Shown here one piece after another: positions 38,236 through 45,964 of a DNA stretch of 64,000 nucleotides. The stretch's first letter is position 1. Every line of letters begins with the position of its first letter. The stretch covers positions 16,971 to 80,970 of the IMG/VR virus record IMGVR_UViG_2740892469_000001; one strand, given 5' to 3'. A model generated the notes under the pieces. That model saw only the letters and a program-made list of their open reading frames with translations. It searched no databases and had not been told where the DNA came from. Made by a program: the position numbers and the translations under genes. This DNA comes from a virus (Duplodnaviria > Caudoviricetes).

Positions 38236-38606
38236 TGAGTTCGCCAGAGGGTTTGAAAGGAAGAATCAGCACCTTCTAGCGCTCTGAAAGTGGCAACGTC
38301 TACTTTCGTCTTTATGGCGTTAAGAAGCCTTTTCTTATCGGCCATGATGTTGATGAAACCCTTATCCCCTACCTCGCTAAGAATTTAGGTGCAAGCACAA
38401 ACGCCATCGACAAGGGCGATTTCTATTTGGTCACTTGGCTTGGCATTACTTGCAAGGTTCACCTCAGAAAAGATGGCTTACCAGTGGAGTGGGAAAAGCG
38501 CGAGCTGCCGTACCAATGGAAGAAAACCGCCAAGGTACCGAAACGTCGCCGCCACTGGTTAAGCGAACACGATTACAACGGCTACTACGAGCCGATTAAG
38601 GATTGA
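38235..38606 (+). pseudogene. 124-codon gene interrupted by TAG at codon 15 (38277-79)
   Basis: TGATG coupling with the ASCH gene, RBS AAGGTGG; frame stays open for 108 codons after the TAG. Confidence 0.6.
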
Positions 38607-38609
38607 ATT

Positions 38610-38858
38610 ATGGCAACAACTATTCAAGTTGTGGAAAACCTAAGAGTTGGAAAGTTTATTGAAATCGAGGGAAAGCGCTGCGAGGTAGAAATGGCGTCTT
38701 TCTCTCAAGCGCTGACTGAGAAAGCTGCGCAAGATGAATTGTTCAAAGTAATGAAAGACGAACTTATTGATCGCGGAATCATAAAAGAGGATGTTGGCCA
38801 GTTTTATTGGTGTGAGAGTGGCGAGCCTTTAATTGAAGAAGAAGACTACGAGGATTGA
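38610..38858 (+). CDS. Hypothetical protein, 82 aa
   Basis: RBS AAGGA. Confidence 0.75.
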   Translation: MATTIQVVENLRVGKFIEIEGKRCEVEMASFSQALTEKAAQDELFKVMKDELIDRGIIKEDVGQFYWCESGEPLIEEEDYED

Positions 38859-38862
38859 GATT

Positions 38863-39228
38863 ATGAACCCGAAATTAGTAAAGATGATTGAAGATGCAGG
38901 TTTGGAAGTGAGTGACGTTAGCCACATCATTGAAGAAGCGCAATCCCAAGTCGCCGTTGCAAAAGATCACCCTATCCTAATGAGCCGCGACAATCATCAC
39001 GGTTGGAAGTTAGAAGAACTGGCTGAAAAGCTGCGTGGCGAGATCATGAGTAAGTCACTCAATATTGCCGAAGATATGTCGTTCGAAGCGCAAACGGTGA
39101 AGAATAACAACTTCCAAATCCTCGGCCTACTTATGCTAGTTGAAGCGCTTCAACGTCAGTCTTTTGTGGTGATGTCTAAGTTAGGCAAAGACCAAGGGCC
39201 TGCATCTCAACCAAGAATTGGAAAGTAA
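38863..39228 (+). CDS. Hypothetical protein, 121 aa
   Basis: RBS GAGGA before ATG 38863. Confidence 0.75.
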   Translation: MNPKLVKMIEDAGLEVSDVSHIIEEAQSQVAVAKDHPILMSRDNHHGWKLEELAEKLRGEIMSKSLNIAEDMSFEAQTVKNNNFQILGLLMLVEALQRQSFVVMSKLGKDQGPASQPRIGK

Positions 39229-39237
39229 GGAAAGACA

Positions 39238-39561
39238 ATGGCTTTTAATATCATCCCGAGAAACAAAGAGGCTTTAGAGCTAGGTAAGCCTAACGGCTTT
39301 TGGAATGCTTTGTTTGTGGAGACGCCACTTTGCAAAATGGTTGAGGCGGAATACACCGATAGAGGCACGATTAAATACGAGCATGAAGGTTTTGTTGGTG
39401 AATGGTTCACGGAAGAAGAAGCGCTGAAGATGCACGAAATTCTAACCGAGTACGTGAAGACTGACGAATACCAAAATCACCGTTATTTCTCAGAACGCAC
39501 TAATCAAATGGAATCCATGCTTGAGTTTTTGCCTATTTGTGGTGGCTTTAAGCGTGATTAA
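39238..39561 (+). CDS. Hypothetical protein, 107 aa
   Basis: RBS AAGGA. Confidence 0.75.
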   Translation: MAFNIIPRNKEALELGKPNGFWNALFVETPLCKMVEAEYTDRGTIKYEHEGFVGEWFTEEEALKMHEILTEYVKTDEYQNHRYFSERTNQMESMLEFLPICGGFKRD

Positions 39562-39632
39562 CAAATAAAGCTTCGCTAATACTGTTTGGCGATGATGATA
39601 GCGGCTCTTGCGAGCCGCTTAAGGATTGAATA

Positions 39633-39824
39633 ATGAGCAAAGATTTAGTCAATAACACGGAATCTAACGAAATCAAAACGGTACAAGAGGCTGCGATACT
39701 TCTTAGAGAGGCGATTCAAGCAGCAGAGTCTTTTGGTCTGGTTAGAACGCAAGATGGCTCGGTGGTTACTGGTGCGCTTGCTTCTGAACATGGCGTGGTT
39801 TTGGTCAGAGGCGATGTCTTGTAA
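39633..39824 (+). CDS. Hypothetical protein, 63 aa
   Basis: RBS AAGGA within the repeat. Confidence 0.7.
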   Translation: MSKDLVNNTESNEIKTVQEAAILLREAIQAAESFGLVRTQDGSVVTGALASEHGVVLVRGDVL

Positions 39825-40243
39825 TGAAAATTTGCAGAAAGAAGGTAATCGGAGTTCTGATGACCTTGCCTTTGGTTATCTTCATTTACTACCCATTAGT
39901 TAGTAAGAATGGGCCTATTGTTATTTATCTATCAATTGCAATTATTGCCCTAGCCTCATTAGCACTTAAAGGCGTCGCCATTTTTTGCGGTTGGGACGAT
40001 AAAGAGGACTCTAAAGGTAAGAACGCCGAAAAGATCACTAAGTGCGAAAAGGAACTGCAAAATCTTAGCGTTGGTTTGATGCACTTCTCATTTGAAGAAA
40101 TTAAAACCCTTGAGTGGAATGAAGTCCAAGAATCTATCGAAAAAGCAAGAGTAACTGGTGAAGTTGATAACCGATTAAGCATGATCATCAACTTCGGAAA
40201 AGGTTTAGAACGATTATTACCGGAGAATAGCCATGACGCTTGA
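39824..40243 (+). CDS. Membrane protein, 139 aa, two N-terminal TM helices
   Basis: TAATG coupling; hydrophobic segments. Confidence 0.65.
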   Translation: MKICRKKVIGVLMTLPLVIFIYYPLVSKNGPIVIYLSIAIIALASLALKGVAIFCGWDDKEDSKGKNAEKITKCEKELQNLSVGLMHFSFEEIKTLEWNEVQESIEKARVTGEVDNRLSMIINFGKGLERLLPENSHDA

Positions 40244-40403
40244 ATATTGTGGAGACTGCTGCGTGTGTGACGAACCAGTCGACTTGTCTGAAATGGGCGC
40301 TTGTAAGAGTTGCAATAACACCTTCCATTGGGGTGATTGTGGTGAATGGCATAGCGGACAGCACACCTGCCACAACTGCATGCCAGATGATGAGGAAGAG
40401 TGA
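40233..40403 (+). CDS. PHD-like C4HC3 zinc-finger microprotein, 56 aa, absent from the ORF track
   Basis: RBS GGAG; MTLEYCGDCCVCDEPVDLSEMGACKSCNNTFHWGDCGEWHSGQHTCHNCMPDDEEE; TGATG coupling to the next gene. Confidence 0.65.
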   Translation: MTLEYCGDCCVCDEPVDLSEMGACKSCNNTFHWGDCGEWHSGQHTCHNCMPDDEEE

Positions 40404-40669
40404 TGGAAACAACGCAAATACTCATCACTGTACCAACACTTAATGAGGTTTTTGGTTGGTTGGTGTTCTATCTGTGCATTGGTAACGTAGTTTCGCTTAT
40501 TGGTTGCTTTGGTCTTGTTATGTCTGACTACGGAAGAACAGTGCGTAAGGGCACTGCATTTCAAGCCCTACAAATAACGGTTATTTATTGGTTGTTGTGG
40601 CCACTGGCCTTGCATGAGATTAAAGGTAGCTATAAAGGGTGGAACCGAGACTATAAATATTACCGATAA
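40403..40669 (+). CDS. Small membrane protein, 88 aa
   Basis: Two hydrophobic segments with a WP motif; coupled to the upstream gene. Confidence 0.65.
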   Translation: METTQILITVPTLNEVFGWLVFYLCIGNVVSLIGCFGLVMSDYGRTVRKGTAFQALQITVIYWLLWPLALHEIKGSYKGWNRDYKYYR

Positions 40670-40734
40670 CGAATAGCTGAACACTTGAAATATCAATATA
40701 TGTACAAATTGAGCAAATTTAACACAACATATAG

Positions 40735-40775
40735 TTGCAAAGGTGGGGTTGTTGGTATATCGTTTACCTAACATG
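40735..40775 (+). promoter_or_regulatory. Late promoter PR'-like with a promoter-proximal pause element
   Basis: TTGCAA, 17 bp, TATCGT, then -10-like TAACAT; upstream of terminators and the lysis genes. Confidence 0.65.
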
Positions 40776-40807
40776 CGGTTTTTGTATCTCGCAACAATTT
40801 ATTTTAT

Positions 40808-40869
40808 AGCCTCGCCTTCGTGCGGGGCTTTTTTATACCTGGAGATGGGCGCAGTAATGCGCCTTTTTT
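40808..40869 (+). terminator. Tandem late terminators (tR'-like)
   Basis: AGCCTCGC-CTTCGT-GCGGGGCT-T5 and GGCGCA-GTAA-TGCGCC-T6. Confidence 0.8.
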
Positions 40870-40873
40870 ATTT

Positions 40874-41155
40874 ATGCTAGAGAAAAAACACAAGCGTTGG
40901 GCGCTTTCTGCTCTAGCAGCGGCGCTTATCGCATTCATAGTCGCCAAGGGTGACCGTATCACTGCGGCGATTGGTAGCTTTACTGCTGCGATGGGCGCTC
41001 TAGGTTGGAGTGAGCTGTCAATGATAGTAGGTATCACTTGTACCATTCTGACCTTTGTCATTACGAATACGGTGAACTTCGTCTTCCGAAAAAAGGAATT
41101 CGAACTGAAGCGTGAAGCGCAATTGATGCAATTGACAGGAGAGGATGAGACTTAA
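40874..41155 (+). CDS. Holin (HP1-like)
   Basis: TM helices and basic C-terminal tail; directly before the endolysin; start uncertain. Confidence 0.75.
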   Translation: MLEKKHKRWALSALAAALIAFIVAKGDRITAAIGSFTAAMGALGWSELSMIVGITCTILTFVITNTVNFVFRKKEFELKREAQLMQLTGEDET

Positions 41156-41811
41156 TGCAGCACACTAAGAAAATCGTTTGTTCCGTCATGGCCGTTATCG
41201 GCGTGATCGTTGGTGGCGCTGTAAAGGATGATTCCAAACTCTCAGCCAGTGTTGAGCCAACTGCGCAATATGATGCGATTAGTCAGGATGTTCGCCCTGT
41301 TGATGATTGGGAACGAATTGGTCTGGTTGAGATTGGCGGTGTTGAGGTTGGCGAGCTGATTGTCTCGCCCAAGGCACTGGAGGTTATCGGTAATGCGGAA
41401 GGATGCAGACGAAGCCCTTACACCTGCCCAGCAGGGTTAAAAACCGATGGTATTGGTAACACGCACGGTGTTACTGACGGAATTAAGAGCGATGAACAGA
41501 TAGCCATTGATTGGACTCGAAATATCATCGCTGCACAGAATTGTCTCGCGTCATCCGGTGATGTGGCTTCGATGAGCCAGGGCCAAGTTGATGCTTTCAC
41601 ATCGTTCATATTTAACACGGGTTGCACGCGATTCAAGCACAACCGTGATGGTAGCGAGACACGCATTTACCACAAGATTAAGCAGGGCTGGTTTACTGGC
41701 GCATGCAATGAGCTGAAGTATTGGGTTTATGCAGGTGGTCAGAAACTGAAAGGCTTAATCAACCGTAGAGAGGTGGAGGCCAATCTATGTCATGGATTAG
41801 AAAGTTCATAG
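41155..41811 (+). CDS. Endolysin, GH24 lysozyme with SAR-like N-terminus
   Basis: GNAEGCRRSPYTCPAGLKTDGIGNT (E-8x-C-5x-T), FNTGC, GLINRREVE. Confidence 0.9.
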   Translation: MQHTKKIVCSVMAVIGVIVGGAVKDDSKLSASVEPTAQYDAISQDVRPVDDWERIGLVEIGGVEVGELIVSPKALEVIGNAEGCRRSPYTCPAGLKTDGIGNTHGVTDGIKSDEQIAIDWTRNIIAAQNCLASSGDVASMSQGQVDAFTSFIFNTGCTRFKHNRDGSETRIYHKIKQGWFTGACNELKYWVYAGGQKLKGLINRREVEANLCHGLESS

Positions 41812-42212
41812 GCGTTGGCCCTTTAATTGTTATTGCGGTGTTGGTTGGACTGCTGTTTATCAGTGATAGCCAAACGCAAAAGGCGCGAGAAGCTTTGAGC
41901 CAAGCTTCCTCAGAACTCGCTGCCGAGAGGGCAAAGTTAGATGTTGCGATTGCTTTTAACACATCGCAGAACGAGACGATTAAGTCGCTCAATAAGCAAT
42001 TGGTGGACGCGCAAGTGGCCGATGAGTGGATGCGAAAGTTCAATGTGTCCATGGACACAAAGCTTGAGACCACACTATTTGAATTAGGGAAGATACTCGA
42101 TGAAGAAGCAACGGATTTTAATAGTGGCTGTGACGAGCGCTTTAGTCCTGGCATCGCTGAGCGGATGCAGCAGTATTACGACTCCAGAAAGGGAAGTGCT
42201 GTACAAGATTGA
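41787..42212 (+). CDS. Rz: i-spanin (Rz-like)
   Basis: N-terminal TM helix plus coiled coil, after the endolysin. Confidence 0.8.
   Translation: MSWIRKFIGVGPLIVIAVLVGLLFISDSQTQKAREALSQASSELAAERAKLDVAIAFNTSQNETIKSLNKQLVDAQVADEWMRKFNVSMDTKLETTLFELGKILDEEATDFNSGCDERFSPGIAERMQQYYDSRKGSAVQD
42044..42059. promoter_or_regulatory. sopC-like centromere site 3
   Basis: TGTGTCCATGGACACA, a perfect palindrome. Confidence 0.6.
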
Positions 42213-42402
42213 ATATGTTCCGATGCTTCCGCCACCTGCCTTGCTTGCTCCATGCATCCCACCATTTGAAGAGGCGATGAAGACTCACAGCCAAGATGAG
42301 TCATACACTCGCGATATCACTTGGAGTATTGAGTTTGATAAGTGCGCGGTTAGACCCGACAAGATTAAACAGTGGTACCAAGACAAACAGGTAGACAAGT
42401 AG
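42100..42402 (+). CDS. Rz1: o-spanin (Rz1-like lipoprotein)
   Basis: Lipobox LSGC, proline-rich PPPALLAPC, overlaps Rz. Confidence 0.8.
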   Translation: MKKQRILIVAVTSALVLASLSGCSSITTPEREVLYKIEYVPMLPPPALLAPCIPPFEEAMKTHSQDESYTRDITWSIEFDKCAVRPDKIKQWYQDKQVDK

Positions 42403-42437
42403 CGTGACTGATTGATTGCGTACTTACTATCTCCCAT

Positions 42438-42463
42438 TAAAGCCAGCGATTGCTGGCTTTATT
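42438..42463. terminator. Hairpin terminator after the lysis cassette
   Basis: TAAAGCCAGC-GATT-GCTGGCTTTATT. Confidence 0.7.
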
Positions 42464-42565
42464 CATTGGTTAGGACTTTTACGAGAGTTTTAAGCAATGA
42501 GTTACCACAACTGTTTTTGTATTGATTCTATCAAGGAGAGCTTATGCATTGTTAACTCCCAAGTG

Positions 42566-42774
42566 GGCGGGTGACGACAACTGAACGGGCAGGCTAGACG
42601 AGCGTCACGGAAACCAAACTCATGACAGTCACGGTATGGACAATCCACCAGACCGTGACAAACCCGAGCCATACAAAGGAAAAGTCGATAGTTGTTTAGG
42701 TGGCGCACTGGATTGTGAACAACCATTCGACGCTTTATTGCTGAACGTTCTCGGTGAGAGTGTTGAGCAATAAA
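42566..42774 (+). ncRNA. Putative structured RNA / tRNA leader with four consecutive stem-loops
   Basis: Stems 42571-76/42603-08, 42628-35/42652-59, 42684-98/42716-31 and 42734-42/42766-74. Confidence 0.35.
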
Positions 42775-42862
42775 GGAGAAGTGACCGAGAGGCCGATGGT
42801 GTTCCCCTGCTAAGGGAATGTGCGGCAACGCACCGAGGGTTCGAATCCCTCTTTCTCCGCCA
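42775..42862 (+). tRNA. tRNA-Ser(GCT)
   Basis: Acceptor GGAGAAG/TTTCTCC, discriminator G, encoded CCA; anticodon arm TTCCC-CTGCTAA-GGGAA; long variable arm; GGTTCGAATCC. Confidence 0.93.
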
Positions 42863-42887
42863 ATCAATCAAAGAGTGAGACCACGCT

Positions 42888-43079
42888 ATGTGCCAATCAG
42901 TATCGATGTTCGAGTCTGTCATGAATACGCAATGCCAAGCATTGGAGAAGATGATGACCAATCAAGACACATGTAACCCTCAGCTAATGGAAGAGGCGAA
43001 GCAGCTACTTGAAGAGGCGAACATCAAAGCGATTCAAGCAGCGAAGCAAACGACCACGACTCAGAACGAGGTGGCGTGA
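42888..43079 (+). CDS. Hypothetical protein, 63 aa
   Basis: ORF between the tRNA and cos. Confidence 0.55.
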   Translation: MCQSVSMFESVMNTQCQALEKMMTNQDTCNPQLMEEAKQLLEEANIKAIQAAKQTTTTQNEVA

Positions 43080-43243
43080 TGTATGTGCTCAAGCCAGACG
43101 CTAAGCGTAATCGGCGCAGTCGAAAGAAAGCTTGGCACGAGTTTGAGCGAGGAACAATGCAGCGCGCGGCTCAATTGGAACGGGTCCTTCTGGGCACCCT
43201 GAGCGACCACGGGGGCTCGACCTCGCAGAAAAGCTCTCGTTAA
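43079..43243 (+). CDS. Possible basic 54-aa protein running across cos
   Basis: TGATG coupling, RBS GAGGTGG; MYVLKPDAKRNRRSRKKAW... Confidence 0.35.
   Translation: MYVLKPDAKRNRRSRKKAWHEFERGTMQRAAQLERVLLGTLSDHGGSTSQKSSR
43182..43227 (+). other. Lambda-like cos: cosQ GGGTCCT (43182-88) and predicted 12-nt cohesive end GGGGCTCGACCT (43212-23)
   Basis: Same cosQ and 23-nt spacing as lambda; 10/12 match to lambda GGGCGGCGACCT only if gapped, 9/12 ungapped; directly before terS. Confidence 0.8.
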
Positions 43244-43291
43244 AAATTTTTTTTATTTTGGAGGTTTCCGGTTTCCGGTCAAAAACCATGA

Positions 43292-43894
43292 ATGAGCGAA
43301 CTATTCAACCCGAGCAAAAAGTTCACGCAGTTGGACATAGCGACGCTTCTTGGCATTTCATCTAGACAGGTCCGAAACCTTACGCAACAAGGGGTTCTGC
43401 CTGTCGCCAAAGGGCGAAATGGTATCGATCCTCTTGCGTGTATCCATGCTTACATTACCTATAAATCGCAATCAAAAGCCTCCGATTCAAAACCGGAAAC
43501 CGAGCAAGAAGATGAGGAAGCGTTTGCGAAATTAGAGCGCGATCTCAAGATAGAGGAACGGCGCGAAAAGTTGGCGATGCTAAAAGCCAAGCGCGTACTG
43601 TTTGAAAAAAGTTACGCACCAATAGACATCATCGTCGATACCTTAGAACAGGTATGCGCCAGAGTGGGCACACGCCTCGACACCCTCCTTCCGAAACTAA
43701 AGAACGCATGGCCCGACATGCCACCCGAAGCGGTGGAAGTTTTAGAGGCCGTGATTGCTGCTGTATTAAATGAGTGTGCCGATGTTCAACCAAACCTCTC
43801 CGATTACATTGACAGCGATCCAGACGAAAGTCCGTCGTGGCTTGATGGGGATGAGGAGAACAATCGCAATCAAGGGAGCGGAGTGGGCCAATAA
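43292..43894 (+). CDS. terS: Terminase small subunit (Nu1-like)
   Basis: N-terminal wHTH TQLDIATLLGISSRQVRNL plus coiled coil; between cos and terL. Confidence 0.85.
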   Translation: MSELFNPSKKFTQLDIATLLGISSRQVRNLTQQGVLPVAKGRNGIDPLACIHAYITYKSQSKASDSKPETEQEDEEAFAKLERDLKIEERREKLAMLKAKRVLFEKSYAPIDIIVDTLEQVCARVGTRLDTLLPKLKNAWPDMPPEAVEVLEAVIAAVLNECADVQPNLSDYIDSDPDESPSWLDGDEENNRNQGSGVGQ

Positions 43895-45758
43895 GCATTT
43901 CCGGTTAGCTGCTGGTTCTTCTCAGGAAGAAGGCTTTTGGGAAACACTGCCTTTGCAGGTTGTGCCACTCAACATGATGTGCAACCGCGCTATATCCGAG
44001 CTGACCATGCAAAAGTCGGCTCGTGTTGGCTGGTCCAAGTTGGTCATAGCAGCAAACTCTTGTCTGCATGCTCAGTTCAAAACCAACACCGTGATTTACG
44101 TACCGACAGAGAACGACGCAAAAAACATCTCTGTCACCGAGATTGATGCTGCTTGGCAGGAAATGCCAATCATGCACCAAATCTTCCCAGCCTTATTCGC
44201 TAAGGACCACCGAAACACCGTTTCCTACAAACAGGGAACAGGCTGGTCGCTGCATGTCCTCGGCACATCCACACCGCGAAACATGCGTGCTCTGACTAAA
44301 GGCGCGTTGTTCGGTGATGAGATTGACGGATGGGATTGGGAAGTCGGTAAAGAAGGTAACCCTATCGATCTTGCGCGAATGCGTTTGGAAGGCGCCGCTT
44401 TCCCGATGGCAAGGTGGGGAACCACACCAACCAATACAGGCGAGTCGCACGTTGAACGCCTAATGGCAAAGATGGAGCTGACTTTCCGCTTTTATCTGCC
44501 ATGCCCACACTGCGGAACCGAGCAGGTTTTGGAGTGGGGCAGTAAAGAAGATAAACATGGCTTCAAGTGGGACAACACTCAGCCAAGTATCGAGAAAAAA
44601 TCAAAGACAGTTTATTACAGCTGCGTGCATTGTGACGACCCTATCTACTACAAGCACCTCTACAAGATGGAGCTTGCAGGTCGTTGGATTGCCGAAGATG
44701 GCACATGGACACGCGATGGCCATGAGTTCTTTGATATAGACGACAACCCAGCGCCAACGCCAAGCAGCGTCGGTATTCACATTTGGTCAGGATACAACAC
44801 CAAATTGAGTGCAGGTTGGCGCGGCATAGTGCGTGACTTCCTCAACAAGAAAGACGACCCAAGTCAGCTCAAAACGTTCGTCAATCTAACGCTCGGTGAG
44901 CTTTGGGATGGTGAGAACGGAGAGAAGCTGGATTGGGAGCATCTCAAGTCGCGCCGTGAAATATGGTGGGCAGAGAGTCGCACCAGTAACCCAGTACCTG
45001 AGCGAGCCGTGGTTTTGACCGGAGGCATTGATACTCAGGATGACCGCATCGAACTCTTTGTGTGGGCGTGGGGACCAGGTGAAGAATGTTGGCTTGTCGA
45101 GCACATCGTTCTTCTCGGGGATTTATCGAGCCAAGTATTAAAGGATGCCGCTGGAAAAGCGCTGTATCGGACCTACAAAAAGCGCAGTGGCCAAGTGATG
45201 GACGTTCAGCTTTGGTGTTGGGACGCCATGGGCCATAAAACCGATGACGTTTACCAGATGAGTCGAACGCACGGCGTGATGTGGGTGATCCCAATCCAAG
45301 GTGAGAACCAATACGGCAAGCCGATACAAAACTTCCCTCGCAAGAAAAACAACAAAAAAGTCTACCTCACTAGGCTAGGTACCGACGGTATCAAGCAACG
45401 ACTTTACAGCCGTTTAGGTTTAACCCCGAAAGGTGATGAACCTGTGCCTGGATGTGTTCACTTTCCATTGGATGATGACATAGCCGGTGATGAGTTTTTC
45501 AAGCAGCTCTGCTCAGCCAATAAAAAGTTGGAACATGACAAGTCAGGGCGACAAGTTTGGCGATGGGTGAAGCAATACCACCCATTTGATGAAGCGTTAG
45601 ACGGATGGGTGTATGCGTATGCGGCACTCAACATTCTCACTCAACGGTTCGGTCTCGAACTGGAAGAGCCGCAACCCCAACAACCTCAAGAACAACCACA
45701 AACATCCGGTCTCAGCATCGCTGAGTTAGCCGCGAGATTGAAAGGTGGATCAAGATGA
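43770..45758 (+). CDS. terL: Terminase large subunit, lambda gpA type
   Basis: QKSARVGWSK, GDEIDG, GTTPT, LPCPHCG, GGIDTQ, DEALDG. Confidence 0.93.
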   Translation: MSVPMFNQTSPITLTAIQTKVRRGLMGMRRTIAIKGAEWANKHFRLAAGSSQEEGFWETLPLQVVPLNMMCNRAISELTMQKSARVGWSKLVIAANSCLHAQFKTNTVIYVPTENDAKNISVTEIDAAWQEMPIMHQIFPALFAKDHRNTVSYKQGTGWSLHVLGTSTPRNMRALTKGALFGDEIDGWDWEVGKEGNPIDLARMRLEGAAFPMARWGTTPTNTGESHVERLMAKMELTFRFYLPCPHCGTEQVLEWGSKEDKHGFKWDNTQPSIEKKSKTVYYSCVHCDDPIYYKHLYKMELAGRWIAEDGTWTRDGHEFFDIDDNPAPTPSSVGIHIWSGYNTKLSAGWRGIVRDFLNKKDDPSQLKTFVNLTLGELWDGENGEKLDWEHLKSRREIWWAESRTSNPVPERAVVLTGGIDTQDDRIELFVWAWGPGEECWLVEHIVLLGDLSSQVLKDAAGKALYRTYKKRSGQVMDVQLWCWDAMGHKTDDVYQMSRTHGVMWVIPIQGENQYGKPIQNFPRKKNNKKVYLTRLGTDGIKQRLYSRLGLTPKGDEPVPGCVHFPLDDDIAGDEFFKQLCSANKKLEHDKSGRQVWRWVKQYHPFDEALDGWVYAYAALNILTQRFGLELEEPQPQQPQEQPQTSGLSIAELAARLKGGSR

Positions 45759-45964
45759 CAAAACAAGAAATGTTGCAACAGGCCGAAGCCGCCTTTCATA
45801 GCTTGCAAACAGGAAAGATGGCGGTTTCCGTACAGAAAGGAGACCGCAAAGTTGAATACAGTCGAGCCAACATCCATGAACTTCGCGCCTACATTGATGA
45901 TTTGCGTGGACAGTTAGGATTGAGCTCAGTTCGTCGTCGCGGCCCTGCAGGAGTTTCATTCTAA
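45755..45964 (+). CDS. gpW head-tail joining protein
   Basis: AFHSLQTGK.AVSVQKGDRKVEY...RRGPAGV, lambda gpW-like. Confidence 0.88.
   Translation: MTKQEMLQQAEAAFHSLQTGKMAVSVQKGDRKVEYSRANIHELRAYIDDLRGQLGLSSVRRRGPAGVSF

Larger units (their letters stand above)
38579..39635 (+). repeat. 34-bp hairpin-plus-RBS repeats before two genes
   Basis: CGGCTACTACGAGCCGATTAAGGATTGAATTATG 38579-612 vs CGGCTCTTGCGAGCCGCTTAAGGATTGAATAATG 39602-635 (29/34 identical). Confidence 0.8.

Noticed and set aside
42775-42862. Amber suppressor tRNA that could read the TAG at 38277
   Set aside because: The 7-nt loop CTGCTAA places GCT in the anticodon position; the CTA is out of register.
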